Positions 15,646 through 35,871 of a stretch of 64,000 nt of DNA are shown piece by piece. The DNA lies in the NCBI RefSeq assembly GCF_009914755.1, contig NC_060945.1; one strand, 5' to 3'. The DNA is from the human T2T-CHM13v2.0 reference genome, Homo sapiens. Numbering within the stretch: position 1 is the first letter of the stretch; every line of letters begins with the position of its first letter. Position numbers and translations under genes: made by a program. Under the pieces are notes generated by a model that was not told the origin of the DNA, made no database searches, and was given only the letters and a program-made list of their open reading frames with translations.

Positions 15646-15956
15646 GTATGGGTAAAAATAGGCCTCTTTGGGAGCTGTTCCAGCACAGCAGAGTTGGGAA
15701 GATATTGGTGTTGGTCGGGTTTGAAAACAAGACTCTGGGTACCATTCTCTTCATCTCTCTGCTGCTGCCAGAGCCGGTGGGGGCGCTGCTCCGGGGATCG
15801 TCTCCAAGTGCTTGAAGCAGGCCTCACTGCGCACAAATGCCCTTGCTCACTATCGTGTCTAAAACATCACTCCACAGGCCTACGCTTGTGACGATGAGCG
15901 GAGAAGTGCCAGTGTCCCGGGTGGAGATCTCCCACTGCAGCCCAGAAACTGACTCC

Positions 15957-16040
15957 AGCTAGGGTGAGGCGGGCACAGGGAGGCTGCAGCTGGGTGAGGC
16001 GGGCACAGGGAGGCTGCAGCTAGGGTGAGGCGGGCACGGG
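15957..16040 (+). repeat. 30-31 bp G-rich tandem repeat x~2.7
   Basis: AGCT(A)GGGTGAGGCGGGCACAGGGAGGCTGC units. Confidence 0.9.
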
Positions 16041-16559
16041 TGGGCTGGTACCCAGCAGACAGCCTGTTCTGGGTGTTGGCAGTGGGTGTGGTCAGTGTTG
16101 GGCAAGCAGAGTACAGGCATGGCGGAGTCTTTATAGGCCCGTGTTCCCCGAAACAAATTTTTCACCTGTTCTTTGGATCCCAGACAAGTCCACAGACAGA
16201 CACTGAACAAGCAAGCAAACAAAAACAAACCCTGGGCCAGGCGCGGCGGCTCACCCCAGTAATCTCAGCCCTTTGGGAGGCCTAGGCAGGCAAGTCGCTT
16301 GAGTCCAGGAGTTTGAGACCAGCCTGGGCGACATGGCAAAACCGTGTCTCTACAAAAAAAAAAAAAAAACAAATAATTAGCCAGGCGTGGTGGCGTGCAT
16401 CTGTAGTCCCCGCTACTTGGGGGCCTGAGGCAGGAGGATTGCTTGAACCTGGGAGGTCACGGCTTCAGTGAGCTATGATCATACCACTGCACTCCAGCCT
16501 GGGTGACAAAATGAGACCCTGTCTTTAAAAAAAAAAACAAGCCCTAGAGGAAGAAGGAA

Positions 16560-18780
<2,221 letters not shown>

Positions 18781-20166
18781 GTGCTCTATGTGGATTAAGG
18801 TTTTGCCAAACGTGTCACCTGTCCCCCCTGGTGTGAGGATGTCTCTGAGGTTCCTGAGAGACTGGGCTGGCAGAGGATGTGCATGTTTCGTTTTAGAAGG
18901 TGCCATTCCCGGCCGGGTGCGGTGGCTCATGCCTGTAATCCCAGCACTTTGGGAGGCCGAGGCGGGCAGATCACAGGGTCAGGAGATAAGACCATCCTGG
19001 CCAACATGGTGAAACCCTGTCTCTACTAAAAATACAAAAATTAGCTGGGCGTGGTGGCACATGCCTAGAGCCCCAGCTACTCAGTAGGAGGCTGAGATGG
19101 GAGGATCGCTTGAGCCCAGGAGGTTAAGGCTGCAGTGAGCCATGACTGCACCACTGCACTCCAGCCTGGGCGACAGAGCAAGACCCTGTCTCGAAGGAAA
19201 AAATAAAAATAAGTTATGGGCAATATGGCATTGTGTCCTCAAACACTCCAGCCTGCATTACCAGGTGACATTCCTCTCTATAACTACATCGCCATGGTTA
19301 CAGGAAACCAACTTAGATCAAGGACATCTTCACACAAGTTCACGTTCAAATTTCCCCCTAGTTGTTCTCAAAACATTTTTTCTTACCGGGAAATAACCAA
19401 GGATGTGCAGTGATTCTTGTCTAAAGTCTCTCTTCCAGAGTGTCTGCCCCTCATTTTTTCTGATACTGCATTCTTGAAGAGTGTGTATAACTTTGACCCC
19501 GCAGCCCAGTGGGTTGCTTCTGATTGCCCTGGGGATGATCTAGCAGGGTTGTGGCCTGTCCACTCTGTCACAGGGACCCCTGTGTGGGAAGTCCTGGACA
19601 TCCAACGCCCCTGACAGTGCTCAGCCCCTGATTGACGGCCTGGTTGCTATGACAACTCCAACCTCAGCTTTCCAGCTTTCTCTAGGAAGGGATAACCCCC
19701 CTTGGCCCAGCATCAGGACCCAAATCCAGAGCTCACAGGCTGGTTTCCCCGACTTGGTCCTAGTGCAGCTCAGGGCAGCACGTGGGCTGGCGTCTTCCTG
19801 TGTGTCCAGGCGGGCAGCCCGAGGAGGCCTGTTGTAACCCAGCCAGAGTGCTGAGCCGGCACCGTGGGGACACAGCAGACTCCAAGAAGACATCATCTTC
19901 TCCCCAGAGCTCCTGCTTCTCAAGCACAAATTGTCATCTAACTTTAGTCTCTAAACTGTGGATCTACCTAGGACCACAGAGATCAATAAATTCCAGGGTT
20001 AGCACAGCAGGCAGCAGACACATGGCTGGTTTTTGCAGCGCCTGAGAATAAACTATTATTGTACCAACTTCCCAGCTACGTACCGCTTTTCTATAAATGA
20101 AACATAAGCCAAGCCAAAGTTTTGTTTAAAAACATAAAGCTAAATGCAGAAACATGACTGGATTTA

Positions 20167-20610
<444 letters not shown>

Positions 20611-23227
20611 CTAGGTGACAGACTGAGACCCCATCTCATAAAATAAAAAAAAAAACAAAAAACCACACACACACACACAGCTGCAGCCAGGTGAGGGCCC
20701 CATCCTCGGACGCACCCACACACTGACTCACTGAAGGTGGGTGCAGATCAAGGAGTCCCAGGCACTCTCTCCTTTGATAAAAATGCTTGGCACGCCCGCC
20801 GAGTATCCAGGCAGTGCCAGGCGCTGGGATACAGGCCAGAAAGACAACAGGGACTGCTTGGAGTCCAGGGACCAGAGAGGAGATGAGACCTGCGACACCA
20901 TGCAAGCCACAGCTGTCACTTTCAATTTCCTTGCACACTTTTTGTTTTGTTTTTGAGACTGAGTCTTGCTCTGTTGCCAGGCTGGAGTGCAGTGGCGCAA
21001 TCGGCTCACTGCAACATCCATCTCCCGGATTCCAGCGATTCCCCTGCCTCAGCCTCCCGAGTAGCTGGGATTACAGGTGCGCACCACCACACCTGGCTTA
21101 TTTTTTTTTTGTATTTTAGTAGGGACGGGGTTTCACCATGTTGGCCAAGATGGTCTCAATCTCCTGACCTCATGATCCGCCCACCTCGGCCTCCCAAAGT
21201 GCTGGGATTATAAGCGTGAGCCACTGCACCCGGCTGTAGACACATTTTTTAAAAGAGAAAAAGAAACTGTCAATCTTTTTAAATAATGTATTTCCAAAAT
21301 ATAATTTCAACACGTAATTAATATTAAAAAGTATTAAGATATTTTGCAGGCTTTTTTTTCTGTAGTAAGTTTCCAAAACCAGGCGTGTATGCTGATGGCA
21401 CGCGTCGCCTGGCACTCTGGAGTCACATGTGGTTGCAGCTATGATATTGGCCATGGCGATTCTACAGCTAAAGCCGAGAGGAAGTTTGTCCAGAGAACAA
21501 GTCGGGGTGGGGATCTCAGTAGAGGGAACCGCACCTGAGTAGAGGCACAAAGGAGGGAACAGCCAGTGCAGCCAGGATGTAGGGGGGCTGGCCAGGGACG
21601 GCCATGGGGGCCGTGGGGGCCGTGGGCAGGGTTTGGGCTTTGTCCTGTGCACACTTCAGGAGCCACTGGAGAGCACCCACCAGGCAGCAGGGGAAGGAAG
21701 GGTCAGAGGCCCGGATGGACCAGAGGCGGGAGGGCAGCCAGGCCTGGGGCCCACACCTGGGCTCAGCGGGCAGGATCGGAGGACCGGCTTCTGGTTGATG
21801 TGGGGAGGGCCCAGGGAGAATGGGGAAAAGAAGACAGGGAGGTTTCCAGAGCGTGTCGGCCTCTCTCCTCGTTTCCTGATCCACCTCATCTCCATGGGCA
21901 CGTTTTCCTTCTGAGAAGAGCTGGGAAGCCCGTCAGCAGGCGGGCCTCTGTCCTCACCTCCACTAACCTGGCCCTTGCAGGCGTCCCAGGCTTCCAGGGC
22001 CAGCCCCCTGGGGTTTGGCACCCTGCAGCCTCTGACTTTCTCTTCACTGCTCCTTTGGGAGCACGTGCCAGAAGAGACACTGCCTCCGTGGCTGGCACGG
22101 ACGACGACGCCCAGCAGGCAGCTGTCTCAGGAGGACAGGCCCAGCTGCAGGAAAGGGCAGCCCCGGGCTTCTGGCAGGGGCTGAGGCAGGGAGGCCAGCC
22201 CTACCTGGGGGCTGGAGGTGGCGTTGAGTGGGGGTGTAGGGGGTCCGCAGACGGCAGCTGAAGCCCCTTCTCTGCAGGTTATGCTGGTGCGATTCCCTTT
22301 TAGGAAGTAGAGTCCGTGTGGAGAGAACGGTGAGCCGCCTGCGTCCTGTTGCGATTCAGCCCCTGTGTCTTCCCGGAGGGCCCTGCGCCCGCCTTTTGTT
22401 CCTAGGACTCGGTGCCTTTCTGAACCCAGTCTAAAAATTGCCGCAGCTCTTTCTGGCGTTAGTCACTGCCTGGTGATTAAGGCTTCAGTCCGTCAATCTT
22501 TAAATCCTACAATTATTTCTCCACCCAGGTTTTTAAGAATAAAAGTTGAAAATGTACTGAACTGACAGCTACCGGATTTGATTCCTATTTGATTCGTACC
22601 TTTCCCGAGTGGCCCCGATCGCCACCGCAGCGCCACGTCCTGGCAAATCATTCACGCCGACCTTGAGAACTCAGCAGAGGTGCAGACTGACACTCAGCCC
22701 CGCCCCCTATCACGGGCTTTCTGCGGGTGAAAGGAGACGTTGCTTTTGTTCCCCACAAGCAACTGCAGGCAGTGCTACTTATTTTTAACACAGTTGAGCG
22801 GGCAACTTTATCTTAAATGATTATGTGCTGAAATCTGCTGATGAAAACGCTATAAGATGGGCATGGGCAGGGGTGGCCGCCAGATGTGTTCTGCGTGACA
22901 GCTTTTTCTGAACCTGCTGGACAAAGTCCCCACTTGTTGCCCGCTCAGCCCCGGTCACAGCCCCACCTCGCCGGGGCTTGTCTTCAGTTCCTCACACTGC
23001 CACGCTCTTGACCCACTCATTGGCCTCTTTGTGGGGACCCTTCAGCCAGAAGGCCCTTCCCCTTTCCTGCCCAGCTCTGGCCCAGACCTGCCACATGGAG
23101 GCTGTTAGAGGTGGAATGTCTGAGGCCTCCAAATGCATGTGTTGAAACCTAATCCCCAGAGGGATGGTATTTGGCGATGGAGTTTCCCAGAAGTGGCTTG
23201 GTTTGTGCTGGCTGCTATAGCAAGTAC

Positions 23228-23485
23228 AGTCATGGGTCGCCTAGTGAGATCTGTTTTGAGAAATGCATGCTCGGGCGATATCACTGTCGTGCAGACCTCA
23301 CAGCATTCACTCACACAAACCCGGCTAGCACAGCCCGTGACACACCTCAGCCCTGTGCTGTAACCTGCTGTTCCCAGGCTACAAACCTGCAGAGCATGTC
23401 ACTGCACCAGATACTGTGGGCCCCCTTGACAGTGGTGAGCTCTTGTGTATCTAAATACAGAAAAGGCATAAAAAATAACGTGCCA
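23228..23485 (+). mobile_element. Tigger3/MER7-type DNA transposon remnant
   Basis: CAGTCATG...TGAGAAATGC...CACACAAACC...CCAGGCTACAAACCTG hallmarks. Confidence 0.65.
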
Positions 23486-23546
23486 GCCGGGTGCGGTGGC
23501 TCACACTGTCATCCCAGCACTGTGGGAGGCCGAGGCGGTTGGATCA

Positions 23547-23807
<261 letters not shown>

Positions 23808-23829
23808 CTATGGGACTTGTGGCACTTGA

Positions 23830-24085
23830 CTGGACCATAAACTGCTTATAAACAACAGAAATTGATTTCTCAAAGTTCTGGAGGCTGGAGGTCCAAGATG
23901 GAGCACCGGCAGATCTGGTGTCTGGGAGAGGCCAGGCAGCTCTTTGGGGCCTCTTTCACAAGGGCACAAATCCCATTCCTGAGGGCTCCCCGCAACGACT
24001 TCATCACCTCCCAAGACCCCACATCCTGATACCCTCACCTTGGGAGTTAGGTTCAACCTATGCATTTGGGGGGACACACTCAGTC
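23830..24085 (-). mobile_element. MLT1/MST-type MaLR LTR fragment
   Basis: AAACAACAGAAATTGATTTCTC...GTTCTGGAGGCTGG...TCCAAGAT...GGGGGGACAC. Confidence 0.65.
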
Positions 24086-24202
24086 TCTAGCAGTTGGGTA
24101 GACCCAAGATTGCCCTCAGGAGCTCCTTTGGGAGGCGCTCTCTATTGGGTCCAGTGCCAAGAAAAAATATCTGACTTGTATTTTGTAGAGGCTATGTTAT
24201 TA

Positions 24203-24534
<332 letters not shown>

Positions 24535-24565
24535 TCAGCTTGACAGCACTCCTGCGGTCACAAAC

Positions 24566-24980
24566 ACAGACGCGGCCACGAAAAAGAACGAGATCATGTC
24601 CTTTGTAGCAACATGGATGCAGCTGGAGGCCACTGTCCTGAGTGAATCGATACAGGAGCTAAAAACCAAATACCCCATGCTCTCAGTTACAAGTGGGAGC
24701 TAAACATCGGCGCCCATGGACATAAAGACCACATGCTCTCAGTTACAAGTGGGAGCTAAACATCAGTGCCCATGGACATAAAAGACCGCAACAGTAAACA
24801 CTGGGACCACCAGAGAGGAGAGGGAGGGAGCGGGGAAGGGCTGAGAAACCAACTGCCGGAGACTATGCTCAGTACCTGGGTGCAGGATCATTCGCACCCC
24901 AAACCTCAGCATCACGCAGTATACCCAGGAAACAGACCTGCACCTGCATCCCTGAATTAAAAATAAAAGTTGGAAAAGAA
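24566..24980 (+). mobile_element. L1 (PB/MA-type) 3' end fragment with an internal 56-bp duplication
   Basis: GAGATCATGTCCTTTGTAGCAACATGGATGCAGCTGGAGGCCA...AAGTGGGAGCTAAAC...AAAATAAAAGTT. Confidence 0.8.
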
Positions 24981-25050
24981 AAAAATAGACTGGGTGTGGT
25001 GGCTCATGCCTGTAATCCCAGAACTTTGGGAGGCCGAGGCGGGCGGATCA

Positions 25051-26131
<1,081 letters not shown>

Positions 26132-27118
26132 TCAAAAAAAAAAAAAAAAAAAAGAACTGTTTGCATCATTAGATAAAAAATAAAGCTTAATTGAAAAACA
26201 GTATGATTTCTATCATATAAAAGCAAACATAGAAAATGAGTCGTATGGCAAACCACAGCCTTGCTCCCGACATGCCTCACGAGCCCCATATACCCACAGA
26301 GGCCAGGAGCAGCCAGACTCACTGGCTTTACAGTTTGGTTTTGTTTGTTTTAACTTTTTTGCAGAGAACGGGGTCTCCCTATGTTGCCCAGGCTGGTCTC
26401 GAACTCCTGGGCTCAAGCAATCCTCCCGCCTTGGCCTCGCAAAGTGCTGGGATTACAGACATAAGCCCCGTGCCTGACCGGCTTTATAGTCTTTTTTTTT
26501 TTTTTTTAGACGGAGTCTCACTCTCTCACCCAGGCTGGAGTGCAGTGGCGCAATCTAGGCTCACTGCAAGCTCCACCTCCCGGGTTCACACATTCTCCTG
26601 CCTCAGCCTCCCAAGTAGCTGGGACTACAGGCGCCCACAACCACGCCTAACTTTTTGTTAAATTAGCACACCATGCTAATTTTTTGTATTTTTTTTTTTT
26701 AGTAGAGACGGGGTTTCACCGTGTTAGCCAGGATGGTCTCGAACTCCTGACCTCGTGATCCGCCCGCCTCGGCCTCCCAAAGTGCTGGAATTACAGGCGT
26801 GAGCCACCGTGCCTGGCCGACTTTACAGTCTTAAACGGGTTGTTGTGCTCCCTTTTTCTTGGGTGGGGGGGTTTGCACACCTTCAGTTGAATTCGTGCAA
26901 GTTAGAAGAGATTCCACCATAGTGAAAAAGTGGTGACTCTACCTAAATGTCCATTAACTGAGAACACAGCTGGCTGAAGACAGCCACAGAATAGTCATAT
27001 ACTGGAGTAAAATGCAGTCACAGGCTGGGCGCGGTGGGTCACACCTGTACTGTCTGCACTTTGGGAGGCCGAGATGCCAGGAGTTCAAGACAGGCTGGGC
27101 AGCAGAGTGAGCCCTGTC

Positions 27119-27538
27119 TGATATAGCTTGGATATTGGTCCCTGCCCAAATCTCATGTTGGAATGTGATCCCTGGTGCTGGAGGTGGGACCTGATGGGAG
27201 GTGGAGGTCATGGGGGCGACTCCCTCAAGAATGGCTGGGGCCATCCCCTTGGCGACAACTGAGCTCCCTGCTCTGAGTTCACAGGAGAACTGGGTGTGTA
27301 GAAGTGTGTGGCACCCCCACCCCTCACTCTCTTGCTCCTGCTTTTGCCCTGTTGCGGCGCCTGCTCCCTGCTCGCCTCCCACCATGAGTGCGAGCTTCCC
27401 AAGGCCTCCCCAGAAGCTGATGCCAGAGCCAAGCTTCCTGTGCAGCCTGCAGAACCGTGAGCCAATTAAAGCTCTTTTCTTTATAAATAACCCAGTCTCA
27501 GGTATTTCTTTATAGCAATATGAGAACAGTCTAATACA
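27119..27538 (+). mobile_element. MST-family MaLR solo LTR inserted into an AluJ
   Basis: TGATATAG...CTAATACA termini, 5-bp TSD CTGTC; Alu halves at 27023-27118 and 27544-27735. Confidence 0.85.
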
Positions 27539-27559
27539 CTGTCTCTACAAAGAAAATTA

Positions 27560-27760
<201 letters not shown>

Positions 27761-27939
27761 TTATTTTGCTGTTTATTTTTCTTTTTTCAGCAGGTGAGTT
27801 GGTGCACACCCTATAGCCGATTCCAGCTCTGTGGTGCCGTCCTGCTGTTATGTGATTATTTACAGGAGAGTTCACTTGGTTCACATCAGGGGTCACTCAT
27901 GATGGGCCCTTCTCTGGGTCTGTCAAATGCTAATCTCAT

Positions 27940-29540
<1,601 letters not shown>

Positions 29541-30275
29541 CGCCAGTTGTGGTGGCTCACACCCGTAATCTGAGCACTTTGGGAGGCCGAGGCAGGCAGA
29601 TCACTTGAGCTCAGGAGTTTGAGACCAGCTTGGGCGACATGGTGAGACCTCTTCTCTACAAAATAAAAAAAGAGTACAAAAATTAGCCCGGCATGGTGAC
29701 ACACGCCTGTAGTACCCGCTACTCAGGAGGCTAAGGCGGGAGGATCACTTTAGCCCAGGGGACAGAGGTTGCAGTGAGCTGATGTGTGCTACTGTACTGC
29801 ACTCCAGCCTGGGTGGTAGAGCAAGACCCTATTTAAAAAAAAAAAAAGGAAAAAAGGCTGGGCGCAGTGGCTCATGCCTGTAATCCCAGCACTTTGGGAG
29901 GCTGAGGCGGGCGGATTACTTGAGGTCAGGAGTTCGAGACCAGCCTGGCCAACATGATAAAACCCCATCTCTACTAAAAATACAAAAATTAGCCGGGTGT
30001 GGTGGCAGGCGCCTGTAATCCCAGCTACTCGGGAGGCCGAGGCAGGAGAATCACTTGAACCTGGGAAGTGGAGGTGTCAGTGGGCCAAGATCACGCCACT
30101 GCACTCCAGCCTGGGCAACAGCAAGACGAAAGAGAAAGAGAGAAAGGGAGAAACAGAGGAGAGAAAACAAAGGAAGGAAGGGAAAGAAAGAAAAGAGAGA
30201 AGGAAAGAAAGAGAGAGAGAAAGAAAGAGAGGAAAGAAAGAAAGAAATCCTTGTATATTTAGGACTCAAATCCTT

Positions 30276-30449
30276 TATTGATGTTTTGTACGATTTAAAG
30301 ATTCCTTTGGTGGTGGGACGCAATACAGTGACACTCAGCTAGAGGAGAGGCAGAAGCCTGTGTATTGATGTTTTATAAGATCTAAAGATTCTTTTGGTGG
30401 TGGGACGCAATACAGTGACACTCAGCTAGAGGACAGGCAGAAGCCTGTG
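30276..30449 (+). repeat. 87-bp tandem duplication
   Basis: TATTGATGTTTT...TGGTGGGACGCAATACAGTGACACTCAGCTAGAGGA...AGAAGCCTGTG twice. Confidence 0.92.
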
Positions 30450-30544
30450 TGACTTACAGCTCTAACAAGAGGCCGCCGCCAGGCAGGGTCACACGGGGGA
30501 TTGTGCCTCGGACGTCAGTGGACTGGACACAGCCCAGGAGAGAA

Positions 30545-30990
30545 TCTGCAAGCTGAGGACATGTCCATAGACTTCCCCAACTGAAATGCAAGGAGAAAAA
30601 AGAGTAAAAATAACTGAACAGAATATCCTAGAACTACGGGACAATTATAGAAGGTAATTTACACACTCATAATGGCAATACCAGAAGAGGAGAGGGAGAA
30701 AGGGATAGAAGAAATATTTGAAGTAATAATGGCTTCTCATTTTTCAAAATTGGTGTCAGACACCAAACCACAGATCTAGGAAGCTTAGAGAACACTAAGT
30801 ACAACAAATGCCAAAAAATAGGAACTTTGGCATGTCGTATTCAAACTGCAGGAAACCAGAGACAGAATATCTTGAAAGATGTCGGAGGGAAAGTACCTTC
30901 CTATAGAGGAACAAGAATACGGATCACACTGGACTTCCATCAAAAATCATGTGATCTGGGTACTGGAAGCTACATGTAAAGAAGAAATTC
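30545..30990 (+). mobile_element. L1M ORF1-region remnant
   Basis: CCAGAAGAGGAGAG...AGAAGAAATATTTGAAGTAATAATGGC...CAAACCACAGATCTAGGAAGCT. Confidence 0.65.
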
Positions 30991-31961
30991 ATGCTCACGC
31001 CTGTAATCCCAGCACTTTGGGAGGCCGAGGCGGGCGGATCACGAGGTCAGGAGATCGAGATCATCCTGGCTAACACGGTGAAACCCCATCTCTACTGAAA
31101 ATACAAAAAAATTAGCCAGGCGTGGCAGTGGGTGCCTATAGTCTCAGCTACTCGGGAGGCTGAGGCAGGAGAATGGCGTGAACCCGGGAGGCGGAGCTTG
31201 CAGTGAGCCGAGATCGTACCACTGGCACTCCAGCCTGGGCGACAGAGACTCGGTCTCAAAAAACAAAACAAAACAAAAACCCAAAAGAAGAGGCACCTGA
31301 GCCGCTTGCTTGAGCCTGCTCCCACTCTGAAATGTCTTCAGTAAATCTGTGCTTTCCTTGCTTCTCCTGTTGCTTTCTCTTTCATGGCTTGGCTCTTTTG
31401 TTACTTTGTGCATTTTGTTAAAGCATCCCCCGCTAACTAAGACACCGCTCAGGGTCGGGCACAGTGGCTCACACCTATAATCCCAGCACTTTGAGAGGCC
31501 GAGGCAGGTGGGTCACCTGAGGTCGGGAGTTCAAGATCAGTCTGACCAACACGGAGACCCCATCTCTACCAAAAATACAAAAAAAAAATTAGCTGGGCGT
31601 GGTGGCACATGCCTATAATCCCGGCTACTCAGAAGGTTGAGGCAGGAGAATCACTTGAACCCGGGAGGCGAGGGTTGCGGTGAGCCGAGATCACGCCATT
31701 GCACTCCAGCCTCTGCCCAACAAGAGCGAAACTCCGTCTCAAAAAAAAAAAAAAAAAGAAAGAAAGAAAAAAAAAAGAGACACCGCTCAAACTTCTGGCC
31801 AAACACAAATCCTGAATGACTTTTAACATCCTTTATGGTAATTAAGGAACCCTGTGGTGCTGGGAGGCAGTTGCTCAAACAACCTCTGGGCATGGTCTGC
31901 TGGCAAGGGCATTTCATTTGCCGCCAGGGTGTGGACGGACATTTATTTACACAGTCATACC

Positions 31962-32808
<847 letters not shown>

Positions 32809-32899
32809 TAGCAGAGATGGGGTCTCACTATATTGCCCAGGCTGGTCTTAAATTCCTGGGCTCAAGCGGTCCTCCTGCCTCAGCCACCCAAAGTTCTAG

Positions 32900-33215
<316 letters not shown>

Positions 33216-33300
33216 TAGGCATGAGCCACCGTGCCAGGCAAAAGCAAGCTTTTAAAAAAAGTATTGATAACATGACGTGTGGTCACCATAACCATGGTCA

Positions 33301-35871
33301 TGTAAAACAAAAATAAAATTCTGAGGCCCCCCAACCATCTGAATGGACTTCCTCCTCAGCCAGGGAACTCTGAAAATTTAACCTGAGAGACTGGTTCAGG
33401 CCATGATGGGAAGTGGGGATGGGATGTGCCTTATTCTACCTCTCCAGCATTAACATCAATGCAGACTTCAAGTCTGATAAGAAACATTTGACAACCCATT
33501 CTCTCTAAAGCCTGCTACCTGAAGGCTTCCTTTGAAAGTAAGAGCTTCAGTCTCTACAATCGTTGATCTTAACAGACGTTCCTTTCTATTGATCCCAGGT
33601 CTTTTTTTCTTTTTTTTTTTTGAGGCGGAGTCTCGCTCTGTCACCCAGGCTGGAGTGCAGTGGCGTGATCTCGGCTCACTGCAAGCTCCGCCTCCCGGGT
33701 TCGCCATTCTCCTGCCTCAGCCTCCCAAGTAGCTGAGACTACAGGCTCCCGCCACCACGCCCAGCTAATTTTTTGTATTTTTAGTAGAGATGGGGTTTCA
33801 CCGTGTTAGCCAGGATGGTCTCGATCTCCCGACCTCTTGATTCGCCCACCTCAGCCTCCCAAAGTGCTGGGATTACAGGTGTGAGCCACCGCGCCCGGCC
33901 AGTCCCAGGTCTTTAAATAAACTCAACCAATTGTCAACCAGAAATTTTTTTTTTTTTTTTTTTTTTTGAGAGGGAGTCTCACTCTGTCGCCCAGGCTGGA
34001 ATGCAGTGGCGTGATCTCGGCTCACTGCAAGCTCCGCCTCCTGGTTCACGCCATTCTCCTGCCTCAGCCTCCGAGTAGCTGGGACTACAGGCGCCAGGCT
34101 AATTTTTTTGTATTTTTAGTAGAGATGGGGTTTCACATGTTAGCCAGGATGGTCTCGATCTCCTGACCTTGTGATCCGCCCATCTCGGCCTCCCAAAGTG
34201 CTGGGATTACGGGCATGAGCCACCGTGTCTACTCTGTCAACCAGAAAATTTTTAAATCTACTTATAAGCTGGAAATCCCCCCAACCCCCTTCAAGTTGTC
34301 TCACATTTCTGGACAAAACCAATGTATTTTTTTTTTGAGACAGAGTCTCGCTCTGTCACCCAGGCTGGAGTGCAGTTGCGCGATCTTGGCTCACTGCAAT
34401 CTCCTCCTCCTAGGTTCAAGTGATTCTCCTACCTCAGCCTCCTGAGTAGCTGGGACTACAGGTGCCCGCCATCATGCCTGGCTAATTTTTATATTTTTAG
34501 TAGAGACAGGGTTTCACCATATTGGCCAGGCTGGTTTTGAACTCCTGACCTTGTGATCCTCCTGCCTTGGCCTCCCAAAGTGCTGGGATTACAGGCATGA
34601 GCCACCATTCCTGGCAAAACCAATTTTTTTTTTTTGAGATGGAGTCTTGCTCTGTCGCCCAGGCTGGAGTCCAGTGGTGTGATCTCGACTCACTGCAACG
34701 TCTGCCTCCTGGGTTCAAGTGATTCTCCTGCCTTAGCCTCCTGAGTTGTCGGGATTACAAGCACACACCACCATGCCCAGCTAATTTTTGTATTTTTAGT
34801 AGAGACAGGGTTTTGCCACGTTGGCCAGGCTGGTCTTGAACTCCCAACCTCAGGTGATTCGCCCACCTTGGCCTCCCAAAGTGCTGGGATTACAAGTGTA
34901 AGCCACCATGCCCAGCCCAAAACCAATGTATTTCTTAAATGTATTTGATTGAAGTTTCACGTTTCCCTAAAATGTCTAAAACCAACCTGCACCCTGACCA
35001 CCTTGGGCACATGTTCTCAGGACCTCCTGAGGCCTGTGTTGATACGGACAGGAGACAGGGAAATACTGGGTAGAAGAGGGCAGTTCCCTGGGAAAGCCCC
35101 CGCCCTCAAGCCTGGAAACCCACGGCCCTAAATGGGAACAGGCATTCCTGTTTTTGCACCCAAAAGTTGCCTTTTGGTCTGCCATGTCCCCCGTCCTGTA
35201 CCCATATAAACCCCAAATCCCTGTCTCCATGAGGAGACAAACAGAAGAGCAGAAGGATGGCAGAATGGTGGGGCAGAGAGAAGGAGTGTCTGAACACCAA
35301 GAGGAGTTCAGCTGGGGGACGGTCAGAGGGGAGATCAGCTGCTGGACGGCCAAACTCCAAGGGAAGATCATCTTCCCACTCCATCCCCTCTCAGCTCCCC
35401 ATCCATCCCACTGAGAGCCACCTCCACCACTCCATAAAACCCCCGCATTCATCCTTCAAGTCTGTGTGCGACTTGGTTCTTCCTGGATGCTGGATGAGGA
35501 CCTGGGTACCAAGAGGGCACTGGCTGGTTAAGATTTAAGCCATCTGCAGATGGCAAGGCTAAAGAGTGCACTGTAACACATGCCCGCTTGGGCTTCGGGA
35601 GTCGCAGACACCCACCCCTGGATGCTGCTGTGGGGCTGGAGCCCAGGGGCACTCATCCCCGCTCCTGCACCTGCCCGTCTCTGTGCTCCCCCTCCTGTAA
35701 GGGGTTTGAACATGCATGGCGGCTCAACAGACAAGTCACACCCTTGTTGCACATCCTGCAAGAGGGGTCAGGGAACTCTCCCATTTCAGTGTCATGGGCC
35801 ATGGTCACTGATAATTGGCTTAGAATAAATTTCTTTCAATATTTTACAGATTTTGACTCTTTTTGTTGACA
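33301..35871 (+). mobile_element. MER4A-like ERV1 LTR interrupted by four Alus and a MER50-like LTR
   Basis: TGTAAAACAAAAATAAAATTCT...CCCCCCAACCATCTGAATGGAC start; CATGGTCACT...GAATAAA...TTGACA end; Alus at ~33601, ~33945, ~34326, ~34624. Confidence 0.8.
35040..35788 (+). mobile_element. MER50-like ERV1 solo LTR
   Basis: TGATACGGACAGGAGACAGGGAAATACTGGGTAGAAGAGGGC start, ...CCATTTCA end, 4-bp TSD GTGT. Confidence 0.8.
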
